Below, piece after piece: positions 17,077 to 26,523 of a stretch of DNA of 64,000 nt. The position numbers were made by a program, and so were the translations under genes. The stretch spans positions 360,294 to 424,293 of the forward strand of contig CAZVUO010000001.1 in the NCBI GenBank assembly GCA_964630235.1, written 5' to 3'. Numbering within the stretch: the stretch's first letter is position 1; each line of letters opens with the position of its first letter. Source of the DNA: an uncultured bacterium. Its GTDB lineage: Bacteria > Oederibacteriota > JAAXVQ01 > JAUVAV01. Under the pieces are notes generated by a model. It was not told the origin of the DNA. It made no database searches and worked only from the letters and a program-made list of their open reading frames with translations.

Positions 17077-18393
17077 TCAGTCGGACAGGCGGGAAACGAT
17101 CTCGGCCGCGAAGGCGCTGCACTTGACCTCGCGGCTTTTGGGCAGCTGCCGGGCGAGGTCGTACGTGACCACGCCGGAGAGGATCGTGCGCTCCAGACCC
17201 TGCTGGACGGCGCGCGCCGCCTCGTTCCAGCCCAGGTGCTCGAGCAGCATCACGCCCGACAGGATCAGTGACCCGGGGTTGACCTTGTCCAGGCCCGCGT
17301 ACTTGGGCGCCGTGCCGTGCGTGGCCTCGAACACGGCCAGGCCGTCGCCGAGGTTCGCGCCCGGCGCCATGCCCAGGCCGCCCACCTGCGCGGCGCAGGC
17401 GTCGGAAAGATAATCGCCGTTCAAGTTGGGAGTGGCCAGCACCGAATACTCTTCGGGCCGCAGCAGCACCTGCTGGAACATGGAGTCCGCGATCCGGTCC
17501 TTGACGAGCACGCGGCCCGCGGGAACCTTGCCGCCGTGCGCCTCGCCAAGTTCCTTCTCGGTCACCGTGCGCTCGCGGAATTCCTCGGCCGCCAGCTCGT
17601 AGCCCCAATCGCGGAACGCGCCCTCGGTGTATTTCATGATGTTGCCCTTGTGCACCAGGGTGACCGACGGCCGGCCCTGCTCCAGCGCGTAGCGGATCGC
17701 GGCCCGGACCAGGCGCCGGGTGTTGGCGCGGGTCATGGGCTTCAAACCCAGGCCCGCGTCCGGCGCCACGGGCTGCTTGAGCTCGCGGGTCACGAACTCC
17801 GCGAGCTTTTTCGCCTCGGGGCTGTTGCTGGGCCACTCGAGGCCCGCGTACACGTCCTCGGTGTTCTCGCGGAAGATCACCACGTCGAGTTTTTCGGGAT
17901 TTTTAACGGGCGCCGGCGTGCCCGCGTAGTAGCGCACGGGCCGCACGCAGGCGTACAGGTCGAGCAGCTGGCGCAGGCTGACATTAAGCGAACGGAATCC
18001 GCCGCCGACCGGCGTGGTCAGAGGGCCCTTGATGGCCACCCGGACCGCGCGGATGGCTTCCAGCGTTTCCTCGGGCAGGGCCGAATGGCCGGCGGCCACG
18101 GCTTTCTCGCCGCACAGGAGCTCCAGCCAGTGGATCCGGCGCCGGCCGGCATAGGCGAGCTCCACGGCCGCATCCAGCACCTGCCGGCTGGCGCGCCAGA
18201 TGTCCGGGCCGATGCCGTCGCCCTCGATAAAGGCGACGACGGGACGGTCCGGCACCTGCAGACTGCCGTTCTGCCAGCCGATGAGCTCGCCACCCTGGGG
18301 CGCGGGATAGGTCAGCTTAGGCACAGGCGCTACCGCTGCTCGGTCTGGGAGTAGCCCACCCACTTGGAGAAGTGGATGCGGGCCTGGTCCCAC
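17077..18393 (-). CDS. icd: NADP-dependent isocitrate dehydrogenase.
   Basis: [17 protein letters not shown]...[13 protein letters not shown] is nearly identical to the E. coli Icd core. The start is uncertain (GTG at 18393 or GTG at 18363); both overlap the upstream gene. Confidence 0.85.
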   Translation of the reverse strand: MGPGPHPLLQVGGLLPDRAAVAPVPKLTYPAPQGGELIGWQNGSLQVPDRPVVAFIEGDGIGPDIWRASRQVLDAAVELAYAGRRRIHWLELLCGEKAVAAGHSALPEETLEAIRAVRVAIKGPLTTPVGGGFRSLNVSLRQLLDLYACVRPVRYYAGTPAPVKNPEKLDVVIFRENTEDVYAGLEWPSNSPEAKKLAEFVTRELKQPVAPDAGLGLKPMTRANTRRLVRAAIRYALEQGRPSVTLVHKGNIMKYTEGAFRDWGYELAAEEFRERTVTEKELGEAHGGKVPAGRVLVKDRIADSMFQQVLLRPEEYSVLATPNLNGDYLSDACAAQVGGLGMAPGANLGDGLAVFEATHGTAPKYAGLDKVNPGSLILSGVMLLEHLGWNEAARAVQQGLERTILSGVVTYDLARQLPKSREVKCSAFAAEIVSRLSD

Positions 18394-19721
18394 ATTTCCT
18401 CGTCGGAGATACCCGTGATCCGGCCGTTTTTGTATTCCAGGTCAACCCAATCCTTGATGGCGACCACGCCCGGATCGTTCTTCTGCACCTTGTGGCTCTC
18501 GGGGATCTTGAGCCGGGCGTTCAGCCAGTAGGCGATCCCGGCCGCGCCGGATTTGTCCGTGATGCCGATATCCACCGGCCGCTTCAGGACTTTTTCCGTG
18601 TCGAAGATGTTGTAGATCTCCTGGTCCTTCATCAGGCCGTCCGCGTGGATCCCGGCCCGGGTCACGTTGAAATTCTTGCCGACCAGGGGCTGGTTGTGCG
18701 GGATCACGTATTTGATCTCTTTCTCGAAGTACTCCGCCACCTCGGTGATCACCGACGTGTCCACGCCCGGCGCCTCGCCCCGCAGGCCGATGTACTCGAT
18801 GATCAGGGCCTCGATGGCCGTGTTGCCGGTCCGCTCCCCGATGCCGAGCAGCGTGCCGTTCGCGGCCGAACAGCCGTAGAGCCACGCCGCCACCGAGTTG
18901 GTCAGGGCGTGGTAGAAGTCGTTGTGCCCGTGCCATTCCATCAGTTCCGAGGGCACGCCGGCGTACTCCTTGAGTCCGTAGATGATGCCGTTCACATTGC
19001 GCGGCAGCATCACGCCCGGGATGCTCACCCCGTACCCGAGGGTGTCGCAGGCGCGGATCTTGACCGGCACCTTGGCTTCGCGCGAAAGCTTCATGAGTTC
19101 CTGGGCGAAGGGGATGACGAACCCGTAAAAGTCGGCGCGGGTGATGTCCTCGAAGTGGCAGCGCGGGATCACGCCAAGCTCCAGCGCGGCGCGCACGATC
19201 TCCAGGTAGCTGTCCAGGGCCTGGCGCCGGTTCATTTTGAGCTTGTTGAAGATATGGTAATCCGACGCCGAGGTCAGAATGCCGGTCTCTTTGAGGCCCA
19301 GTTCCTTGACGAGCTTGAGGTCCTCTTTCTTGGCGCGGATCCACCCCGTGATCTCGGGAAATTCGTACCCGCGCTCCTGGCAGCGCCGCACCGCCTCCTT
19401 GTCCTTGTCCGTGTACAGGAAGAACTCGGACTGGCGGATCAGTCCCCGCGGTCCGGAGAGTTTGTGCATCAGATCGAACAAGTGCACGATCTGGTCCGGC
19501 GTGAAAGGCGGCAGGGCCTGCTGGCCGTCCCGGAAGGTCGTGTCCGTGATCCAAATATCCTCGGCCGGCATGAGCGGCGAGACGCGGTGGTTGAAGCAGA
19601 TGAGCGGCGGCCGTTCGTAGGTATAAATGTCGCGGTACAGGTTGGGTTCCTGCACGTCCTGCAGGTGGTAAAGGACTTCTTCACGCTTCAAGGTGTGATG
19701 ATGGTCATCGTATTTGATCAT
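18330..19721 (-). CDS. LeuA/homocitrate-synthase-family DRE-TIM metallolyase lacking the LeuA regulatory domain. Candidate Re-citrate synthase.
   Basis: Catalytic motifs DTTFRDGQQ and HxH (EWHGHND). The start was moved to ATG 19721, which has a GGAGG SD. The function is inferred from the icd/acn/fum/mdh context only. Confidence 0.75.
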   Translation of the reverse strand: MIKYDDHHHTLKREEVLYHLQDVQEPNLYRDIYTYERPPLICFNHRVSPLMPAEDIWITDTTFRDGQQALPPFTPDQIVHLFDLMHKLSGPRGLIRQSEFFLYTDKDKEAVRRCQERGYEFPEITGWIRAKKEDLKLVKELGLKETGILTSASDYHIFNKLKMNRRQALDSYLEIVRAALELGVIPRCHFEDITRADFYGFVIPFAQELMKLSREAKVPVKIRACDTLGYGVSIPGVMLPRNVNGIIYGLKEYAGVPSELMEWHGHNDFYHALTNSVAAWLYGCSAANGTLLGIGERTGNTAIEALIIEYIGLRGEAPGVDTSVITEVAEYFEKEIKYVIPHNQPLVGKNFNVTRAGIHADGLMKDQEIYNIFDTEKVLKRPVDIGITDKSGAAGIAYWLNARLKIPESHKVQKNDPGVVAIKDWVDLEYKNGRITGISDEEMWDQARIHFSKWVGYSQTEQR

Positions 19722-19913
19722 GGCAACTGCCTCCTTCCCCCATGCCCATGCGGCTAGGGGCCGCGGGTGCTTAAATATACGCAAGGGTCCTGGGAAAGTC
19801 AATCGCGGAAAACCGGGCAGGAAGGAAATCCGGGGGAAGCGCGCAGGCAGTCAACAACCTGCCAGGCTGCCGTCGGGCGCTCCCTATAGACCTATATATA
19901 TGAAGGCGGGCGG

Positions 19914-20087
19914 TTATCCGAGGTAAACGAACAGGCGGTAAATCAAGAACGCCGGCCAGACGATGGCCTTGAGAATGCCCAGCACCCCGCCCCAAAAAGA
20001 GGGCGCTTGCTGGATGAAATACACCGCCGCGCCGATCATGGCAATAAAGTACCCACCACCGCAGGCAGAATTGTTGTTCATGGCCAT
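19914..20087 (-). CDS. Small (57 aa) membrane protein, hypothetical.
   Basis: ATG 20087 with an AAGGAG SD; one or two predicted TM helices. The longer listed ORF N-terminus is unlikely. Confidence 0.45.
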   Translation of the reverse strand: MAMNNNSACGGGYFIAMIGAAVYFIQQAPSFWGGVLGILKAIVWPAFLIYRLFVYLG

Positions 20088-20160
20088 GGTTGTGACTCCT
20101 TGGAAGAGATACGCTACCTTAACGCTAAATCCCTTTTTTGTATAGCAAGAAGATGAAGGA

Positions 20161-20718
20161 TCAAGAACGAGAGGAGAAAGGCGAGAGGCGATCAAGGAGC
20201 AGGCGGATCCAGGCGGCAAGCAGGGTCAGGACCGCGAAGCCCATGAGCCCCCACTTGACGGCCGCGGCCGAGGAGGCGATGAACAGGGGTAATCCTCCAA
20301 AGGGCCATCCGCGGGAAAGCATCCAGGCGTACAGCATATTTTCGATGTAGTCGCAGGCCACGGCCAGCCAGGGGAACGAGGCCAGCCATACGTTGCGCCG
20401 CTCCGGCGGTTCCTGCCTGCTGATCAGGGCGCGGGCCAGGAGGCCTGAGGTGAAAAGGCCGTAGCCCAGGGGAAAAATAAAGTCCAGCCACAGGGTGCCG
20501 CGGTATGCCGCGAGCCCGGATTCGCTCCACAGCGCCAGCGCCTGCTGGGCTTTGGCGGGCGTGAAGGCCAGCTGGAAGGAAAGGATCTGCGCCAGGGCCT
20601 GCCCATTGAGCCCGTGGGTCATGAAGCCGAAGGCGACCGCCATGAACGCGGCCGACGCGAGCAAGGCCAGGGGATGCGCCAGCAGGCGGCAGCCCTTCGG
20701 CCACGGCGCCGGAGTCAC
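20161..20718 (-). CDS. Hypothetical polytopic membrane protein.
   Basis: Hydrophobic segments throughout. Its GTG start overlaps the BatE-like stop (GTGA). Confidence 0.5.
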   Translation of the reverse strand: MTPAPWPKGCRLLAHPLALLASAAFMAVAFGFMTHGLNGQALAQILSFQLAFTPAKAQQALALWSESGLAAYRGTLWLDFIFPLGYGLFTSGLLARALISRQEPPERRNVWLASFPWLAVACDYIENMLYAWMLSRGWPFGGLPLFIASSAAAVKWGLMGFAVLTLLAAWIRLLLDRLSPFSSRS

Positions 20719-21473
20719 TCTGCGTCCTCCCAGATCTCCGTGTCGCGCACCCAGCCTTTGAAGCCTTCGGGCGCCAGCCCCACGGCCACCCAGCCGGATT
20801 CGTGTCCCAGCACGCGCACTTCGCGGCCTTCCGGGATCTTGAAGCCCACGTCAAAGTCCGCGCCCGGCCCGTTGCGGGCTTCGGTCTGGTGCGCCACGAT
20901 CACGCCCATGGGCGCGCGCTTTTCCTCGAGCAGGCGCAGGGAGGCCCACCCCGCGGCGAACAGGAAGACCGCGGTGGCCGCCAGGGACAGCCAGCGCCAG
21001 AGCGTTCCCTGCCCCCGGCGCCGGATCAGCACCACGGCCAGGCCGGCGAGCAGCAAATACGCCAGCCACGCCGAGGCCAGCAGGACCTGGCTGGGCAGGG
21101 ACCGGTAGGCGCCCAGCAGCCAGCGCGCCAGCGGCCCGGCGGCGTCCGGCGGCCGCTGTACTTTTTTGCGGGCGTACGCGAGATTGAACCGGATGTCCTC
21201 GTCCCATGGGTCCAGCTTCCCGGCCCGCCGGTAGAGCGCGATGGCGCGCCCCAAACGGCTGGCCTTGAACTCGGCGTTGGCCCAGTTGTAGTACAGCGCG
21301 GCGCTGCCCAGGTCCTGGGACTGCAACCTCTCGTAGGCGGCGATGGCCTGGGCGTAGTCGCCGGCGTCGTAGGCCGCGCGCGCCTCGGCCGCGAGATTGT
21401 CCGGCGCGGTCTGCGCCCACACGAAGGCCGGCGCCAGCAGGCCCAACAGGCAAAGGAGGCGGAGGGACCTCAT
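20715..21473 (-). CDS. BatE-like protein (signal peptide, TPR repeats, TM segment, SH3-like C-terminus).
   Basis: Motifs AEFK...AIALY...AGKLDPWDEDIRFNLAYA (TPR) and a C-terminal GWVRDTEIWEDAE. ATG 21473 overlaps the BatD stop (ATGA). Confidence 0.65.
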   Translation of the reverse strand: MRSLRLLCLLGLLAPAFVWAQTAPDNLAAEARAAYDAGDYAQAIAAYERLQSQDLGSAALYYNWANAEFKASRLGRAIALYRRAGKLDPWDEDIRFNLAYARKKVQRPPDAAGPLARWLLGAYRSLPSQVLLASAWLAYLLLAGLAVVLIRRRGQGTLWRWLSLAATAVFLFAAGWASLRLLEEKRAPMGVIVAHQTEARNGPGADFDVGFKIPEGREVRVLGHESGWVAVGLAPEGFKGWVRDTEIWEDAE

Positions 21474-23338
21474 GCGCGTTGCTCCCGTGACAGGATGCGG
21501 CCCAGCCGGGCCAAAAGCGATTCGGCCTGCCGTTCGTGCGCTTCCAATGCCGCTGGATCGGACTGGCCCGGCGCGAAACGCGCGAAATCGCATTCTTCCC
21601 ACAAGCGGGACACCTCGTCCAGCAGCGCGTCGTCGGCGCGGCGCTGGCGCAGCTGCTGCAGGATCTCGCGCTGCGTGACGCCCGCGCGGGACAGGCCCAG
21701 GCGGTCCGCCAGGTAGCCGTTGACCGCCTGGATGAGCTGGCCGTAAAAACCCTTGGCGTCGCGGCGCAGGCGCGCGTGGCGCGCCTGGCGCAGGGCCTGG
21801 CGCGCGCTTCTATCCGCGCCGAGCCGGCGCGCGAAGCGCGGATCTGCGGCCAGGCGGTCCTGCCGGCGCTGCCAGCCCCACAGCCCGGCGAGCGCCAGGG
21901 GCGGAAGCCCGAATCCGAGCAACCACAGCCAGCCGGGCAGAGGCGGTGACGCCGGCGTGAACGGCAGATCGGTCTTTAAGTAGCGGATATCCTGGGCCAT
22001 GAGCTTGACGCCTTCAGCCGGCGCGGTCCCGGCCGCGCCGGGCGCGAACACCGCCGCGGCCTGGCTGGATGGCGCCGCGTCGCCGGGCAAAACTTTCAGA
22101 CTCAAGCTCGGCACCTGGATCTGCTCAAAGCGCCCGGCTTGGGGATCGAAATAGCTGTACGTGAGCGCCGGGATCGAAAGCACGCCAGTGGCCTCGGGCC
22201 GCAGCAGGGTCCGGTAGATCTTGACCCCGCGCACCTCGTCCCCCTGTTTCTGCACTTCGGATGACGAGATGGTCTCGTACACTTTAAAGCCGGTGAGCGG
22301 CGGCAGTTCAAGCTTGCCCACGGATTTGACGTTGCCCTCGCCGAAAATGCGCACTTCCAGGGTCACGGCCTCGTTGACCTTGGCCTCCTTGCGGTCCAGC
22401 TTGGCGGACAGCGACCACTTCCCGACCGCGCCCGTGAACGTGGACGGCCGGCCGGCCTGCGGGACGGGCTTGACGTTCACCGCCAGGGGATCGGACTGAA
22501 GTTCCACCACCTGGCCGCGAGAGAAAAATCCCCGGAAAAATTCATTGGCAAAGGGGTCGGCCAGGCGGCGCTGAAAATCCTCCACGCGCACGGTCAGTTT
22601 GGCCGGGCCGATGGTCAGCGATCCGGCCGTGGTCGGAAACAACAGGGTGCGGATCTCGATCACGCGGTATTCGTTGCCGTTCACGATTTGCGTGTATTCC
22701 CGCTGGGGTGGCAGGTCCTCGGCCCAGAAACCCTGGGTGTCCGCGGGTTGGTACTGGGGCTGGGACAAGATCGGCACGCGCGTGTAAAACCGAAAGGAGA
22801 GAATCAGCGGTTCATTCACATAGACGGTTTTGCGGTCCACGCTGGTGGTGACAAACGCAGCGCCGCGGCTGCGCTCGGACTGGACCGCCGGGGCGCTCGC
22901 CTGGGGCGCGGCGCCGGCCGCGGGCGGCGCACTGGCCGCGGGCGGCGCGCCGCTGGCCGCGCCGATGGTCACGGTTATGGGCTGGGTGGCGTGCGTCTGG
23001 CCCGCGTGGGTGATCTGGACCGGCCCGATGGTGAACTGGCCGGCATGCTTGGGAACCAGCACATAGGTAAAATTCAGGGAAGAAGTCACCTGGCCGTTGA
23101 CCCAGGAAAAATTGGAGGACTGCCCGCCGTTATAAACCTGAAAATCGGAGAGGTCCGGCAGTTGGGGCCCGCCTTGCAGATTGGCCTGGCCGGAGATGGA
23201 AACCACGAGCCGCAGGGGCTGTCCCACAGCGCCCTGCTTGGGGTTCACGTCCGCCTGGATGGAAATATCCTGGGCCTGGGCCGCAAACGGCAAAACCAGC
23301 ATCATCGCGGCGAGTTTCAGCCAATTTGCCGTGCGCAT
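21470..23338 (-). CDS. BatD-family protein (oxygen-tolerance protein).
   Basis: Signal peptide, large extracytoplasmic region, C-terminal TM segment and charged tail, in the Bat operon position. Confidence 0.75.
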   Translation of the reverse strand: MRTANWLKLAAMMLVLPFAAQAQDISIQADVNPKQGAVGQPLRLVVSISGQANLQGGPQLPDLSDFQVYNGGQSSNFSWVNGQVTSSLNFTYVLVPKHAGQFTIGPVQITHAGQTHATQPITVTIGAASGAPPAASAPPAAGAAPQASAPAVQSERSRGAAFVTTSVDRKTVYVNEPLILSFRFYTRVPILSQPQYQPADTQGFWAEDLPPQREYTQIVNGNEYRVIEIRTLLFPTTAGSLTIGPAKLTVRVEDFQRRLADPFANEFFRGFFSRGQVVELQSDPLAVNVKPVPQAGRPSTFTGAVGKWSLSAKLDRKEAKVNEAVTLEVRIFGEGNVKSVGKLELPPLTGFKVYETISSSEVQKQGDEVRGVKIYRTLLRPEATGVLSIPALTYSYFDPQAGRFEQIQVPSLSLKVLPGDAAPSSQAAAVFAPGAAGTAPAEGVKLMAQDIRYLKTDLPFTPASPPLPGWLWLLGFGLPPLALAGLWGWQRRQDRLAADPRFARRLGADRSARQALRQARHARLRRDAKGFYGQLIQAVNGYLADRLGLSRAGVTQREILQQLRQRRADDALLDEVSRLWEECDFARFAPGQSDPAALEAHERQAESLLARLGRILSREQRA

Positions 23339-23392
23339 CCTTTATCTATCCCCTCTCCCTCAGCCGTCCAAATGACATACCAGATAAGAACC

Positions 23393-23533
23393 ACTGTAAG
23401 GCCGGTCCGGTTTTTCGAGTCGTGCCGATACCCCTCTAAACCCGAATCTCAGCGATAGCCCTTGGCAGACAATAGCCAAACTTCCTGCGCGCTATCTGCG
23501 TTCACGACTTGAAAAACCGGACCGGCCTTACAC
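23393..23533. repeat. Long inverted repeat (two ~29-bp arms, one mismatch) flanking ~80 bp in the batB-batD spacer.
   Basis: taaggccggtccggtttttcgagtcgtg pairs with cacgacttgaaaaaccggaccggcctta. Confidence 0.55.
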
Positions 23534-23565
23534 GCCGTACATCGTTTGGACGCGCTTCCCCTTGC

Positions 23566-25326
23566 CTACCAATCCGGCTGATCTTTTCGCCGGCCTTGCG
23601 GCGCCGCTTTTTGCATTTGTTCCCGCAGACGGTCCTGCTCTTCTTCCCGAATGGCGTCCAGCAGGTTTTCCGCGTCTTCCTTGCTCATCTCGCCTGGCCT
23701 GAGCTGCCGTTGCGGCGCTTCCTCGCCTGGAGTCTTCTGTTCCTGGTTTTCCCCGGCCTTGGCCTCACCCTTGTCGTCCTGGCCTTCAGGTTGGGCGGAG
23801 GCATTGCCTTTCTGATCAGGCTTCTGCTTCTGCTCTGCCTGCGATTGCTGCTGTTGCTGTTGCTGCTGCTGTTGTTGTTGCTGTTGCTGCTGCTGCTGGC
23901 TCTTAGGCTGCTTCAGCATCTGCAGGGTTTGCGCCAAGTTGTAGATCGTGTCCGCGTCCCTGGGCTTCCATTTCAGCGCTTCGCGATAGGCCTGGGCCGC
24001 GGCCTGATAGTTTTGCTGGCGGAAAAAAGCGTTTCCGAGATTATACCAGGCCTGGCTGCGCAACCCGCGGTCTTTTGTGTTCTGGCTGCGCTGGTAGGCT
24101 TTCTGGGCGTCCTCCCACTTCTGGAGAGCCTGGTAAGCATTGCCCATATTATAGTCAATCGCCGGATTCTGGGGACTTTGAATTTTGGCGTCTTCGTATT
24201 TCTTGAGGGCGTTTTCAAAACGCCCCTTTTGATACTCCCGGTTGCCCGCGTTAACGTCGCCGGCCGTGGAAGCATGTCCTGCCGCGGGGCTCAACAGCAG
24301 GAACGGCAGAAGCAGCAGCCAGGCCTTGCGCCGCAGGGGCAGCCACAGGCCGAACAGCAGGAGCAGGAGCGCCGGGACCAGCGCATACTGGTAACGGTCC
24401 TCCTGGGCGCCGTACTGGCCGGCCGAGAGCTCGCGTTTCTGCATTTGGCTGATCAGGTCCGCGACCTGGTCGGCGGACAGGGTGCCTTGCGGCGCGGGCA
24501 GGTACGCGCCGCTGGTCGCGGCCGCGATCCGGCGCAGGCCCGCCTCGTCCAACTTGGAAAGGACCGTCTCGCCCTTGGCGTCCTTGACATACCCGCTGAT
24601 CCGGCCGTCCGGCCCGCGCAGGGGGATGGGTTCGCCGCCAGGGGCGCCCACGCCGATGGCCAGGATGCGTACGCCCTGGGCCTTGGCTTCAGCCGCCGCG
24701 GCATCCAGCTGGGCCTCGTGGTCCTCGCCGTCCGTGAGCAGGACCAGCACGCGGTAGCCCGCGCTTTCCGGCGGGAACAGCGCCGCGGCCGCGCGAATGG
24801 CCGCGCCGAGGGCCGTCCCCGGCGAATGGACCAGGCCGGGCTCCAGGGTGTTAAGATACATTTTGGCGGCCGCGTAGTCCGTGGTGATCGGGCAGACCAC
24901 CTGTGCCGAGCCGGCGAAGGCCAGCACGCCCACGCGGTCCCCGGAGAGCCGGTCCACCAGGGCCGAGAGTTCCTGCTTGGCCCGGCCCAGGCGGCTGGGC
25001 TGCACGTCCTCGGCGAGCATGGAGCGCGAGACGTCCACCGCGATCAGCACGTCGCGGCCCTGGCGCCGGACCTCGGTCAGCTTCACGCCCAGCTGGGGCC
25101 CGGAAAGCGCCAGGGCGGCCAGCCACAAACCCGAGGCTAGCGCGGCCAGCTGCAGGCCGCGGCGCAGGGGCGACAGATGGCTGAACAGCTTGGCCACCAG
25201 CTCCGGCTCGCCCAGGCGGCTCACGTCCCGCTTGCGCTGCCAGGCCAGCCACAGGAGCCATCCGGCCAGCAGCCAGGGCAGGATCAGAAGCACGAAATAA
25301 AAGAACAGCGGTTGAGCGAAGGACAT
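23566..25326 (-). CDS. BatB/BatC-like fusion: TM + von Willebrand A (MIDAS DxSxS) domain + TPR repeats + poly-Q tract + acidic tail.
   Basis: Motifs DVSRSM...LLTDGED (VWA) and a TPR block. ATG verified. Confidence 0.8.
   Translation of the reverse strand: MSFAQPLFFYFVLLILPWLLAGWLLWLAWQRKRDVSRLGEPELVAKLFSHLSPLRRGLQLAALASGLWLAALALSGPQLGVKLTEVRRQGRDVLIAVDVSRSMLAEDVQPSRLGRAKQELSALVDRLSGDRVGVLAFAGSAQVVCPITTDYAAAKMYLNTLEPGLVHSPGTALGAAIRAAAALFPPESAGYRVLVLLTDGEDHEAQLDAAAAEAKAQGVRILAIGVGAPGGEPIPLRGPDGRISGYVKDAKGETVLSKLDEAGLRRIAAATSGAYLPAPQGTLSADQVADLISQMQKRELSAGQYGAQEDRYQYALVPALLLLLFGLWLPLRRKAWLLLLPFLLLSPAAGHASTAGDVNAGNREYQKGRFENALKKYEDAKIQSPQNPAIDYNMGNAYQALQKWEDAQKAYQRSQNTKDRGLRSQAWYNLGNAFFRQQNYQAAAQAYREALKWKPRDADTIYNLAQTLQMLKQPKSQQQQQQQQQQQQQQQQQQSQAEQKQKPDQKGNASAQPEGQDDKGEAKAGENQEQKTPGEEAPQRQLRPGEMSKEDAENLLDAIREEEQDRLREQMQKAAPQGRRKDQPDW
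23844..23897 (-). repeat. (CAG/CAA)18 microsatellite encoding Q18 inside the BatB/C gene.
   Basis: Uninterrupted ctg/ttg run on the plus strand. Confidence 0.85.
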
Positions 25327-25533
25327 CTTATCCTGCTTTCATGAAACCATGATCAATCATCTCAGTAGTATTCAAGGATTCCCCTCCCCACCGTGGGAGG
25401 GGACTGAGGGGAGGGGGTGCGTTCGCCCCCGTTTGACCCCCTCTCCTTTATCCTCTCCCGCCAGGGGAGAGGAATAAAAGTAACCCGGGACCCTCAGCTA
25501 GAGCGATTGACTTCAACGCTCCATCTTTCCCTT

Positions 25534-26523
25534 TTACGGCAGCCTTCGAAAAACCGCGTACCGCATCGCCATCGCGGCCGCCAGCAGCGCCCAGCCCGCG
25601 GCGAGCCAGCCGAAATACAGGTCGCGGTAATGGGTGAAGGTCTTGATCTGGTAATCGCTCTTCTCCAACTGATTGATCTTTTCGAAGATCTTCTTCAACC
25701 CCTGGCTGTCTTTGGCGCGGAAGTAAGCGCCGCCCGTTTCCGCGGCGACCCGGCGCAAGGTGTCCTCGTCCAAATCCATTTCGCCCCGCACATAACGCGT
25801 GCCGAACACCGGGTCCTGCACGGGGATCATTCCGCCGCCAGGCGCGCCGGCGCCGACCGCGTAAATTTTGATCCCCAGCGCGGCCGCGGCCTTGGCCGCG
25901 GTCAGCGGCGAAATGGCGCCGGCGTTATTGCGGCCGTCCGTGAGCAGCAGGATCACCTTGCTCGCGGCCCTTGAGCCGCGCAATCGGTCCGCGGCCAGGG
26001 CCAGGGCCGAACCGACGGCCGTGCCGTCCACGCCGGTCATGTCAATCCGCACCTGCCGCATGAAGTCCAGCAGGCTCCTCTTATCCGAGGTCAGCGGACA
26101 CACGGTCTGCGCCGCGCCGCCGAAGACCACGAGCCCCAGGCGGTCGCGGGTCCGGGCCTGGATGAACTGAACGGCCGTTTCCTTGGCCGCGCCCAGCCGG
26201 TTCTGCGGCTGGAAATCCACGGCGCGCATGGAGCCGGACGTATCCAGGCAGAGCATGATGTCCACGCCCCGGCCCGTGACCTCCTCGGTCTTCAGGCCGG
26301 ACTGGGGCCTGGCCAGGGCAACCACGAGCAGGCACAGCCCGAGGATGAACAGCGCGCCGGCCGATTCGTCCGGCCCGATGGCCCGCTTCGGCCCCAGTTT
26401 CCGCCAGGAGCCCAGCTCCGCGTACTGCAAGCCTTCGGGCCGCCGGCTCCGCAGCCACAGCAGCCAGGCCAGCCCGGCCACGGGCAGGAACAGGAGCAGC
26501 CACCACGGATCAGCCAGACGCAC
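25534..26523 (-). CDS. BatA-like VWA-domain membrane protein.
   Basis: N-terminal TM segment, MIDAS motif DTSGSM, motif LLTDGRNN, C-terminal TM segment. Confidence 0.8.
   Translation of the reverse strand: MRLADPWWLLLFLPVAGLAWLLWLRSRRPEGLQYAELGSWRKLGPKRAIGPDESAGALFILGLCLLVVALARPQSGLKTEEVTGRGVDIMLCLDTSGSMRAVDFQPQNRLGAAKETAVQFIQARTRDRLGLVVFGGAAQTVCPLTSDKRSLLDFMRQVRIDMTGVDGTAVGSALALAADRLRGSRAASKVILLLTDGRNNAGAISPLTAAKAAAALGIKIYAVGAGAPGGGMIPVQDPVFGTRYVRGEMDLDEDTLRRVAAETGGAYFRAKDSQGLKKIFEKINQLEKSDYQIKTFTHYRDLYFGWLAAGWALLAAAMAMRYAVFRRLP

Noticed and set aside
23509-25140. Plus-strand ORF with a poly-Leu tract.
   Set aside because: It is the antisense reading of the BatB/C gene; the poly-Leu tract is the reverse complement of the CAG/CAA poly-Gln microsatellite.
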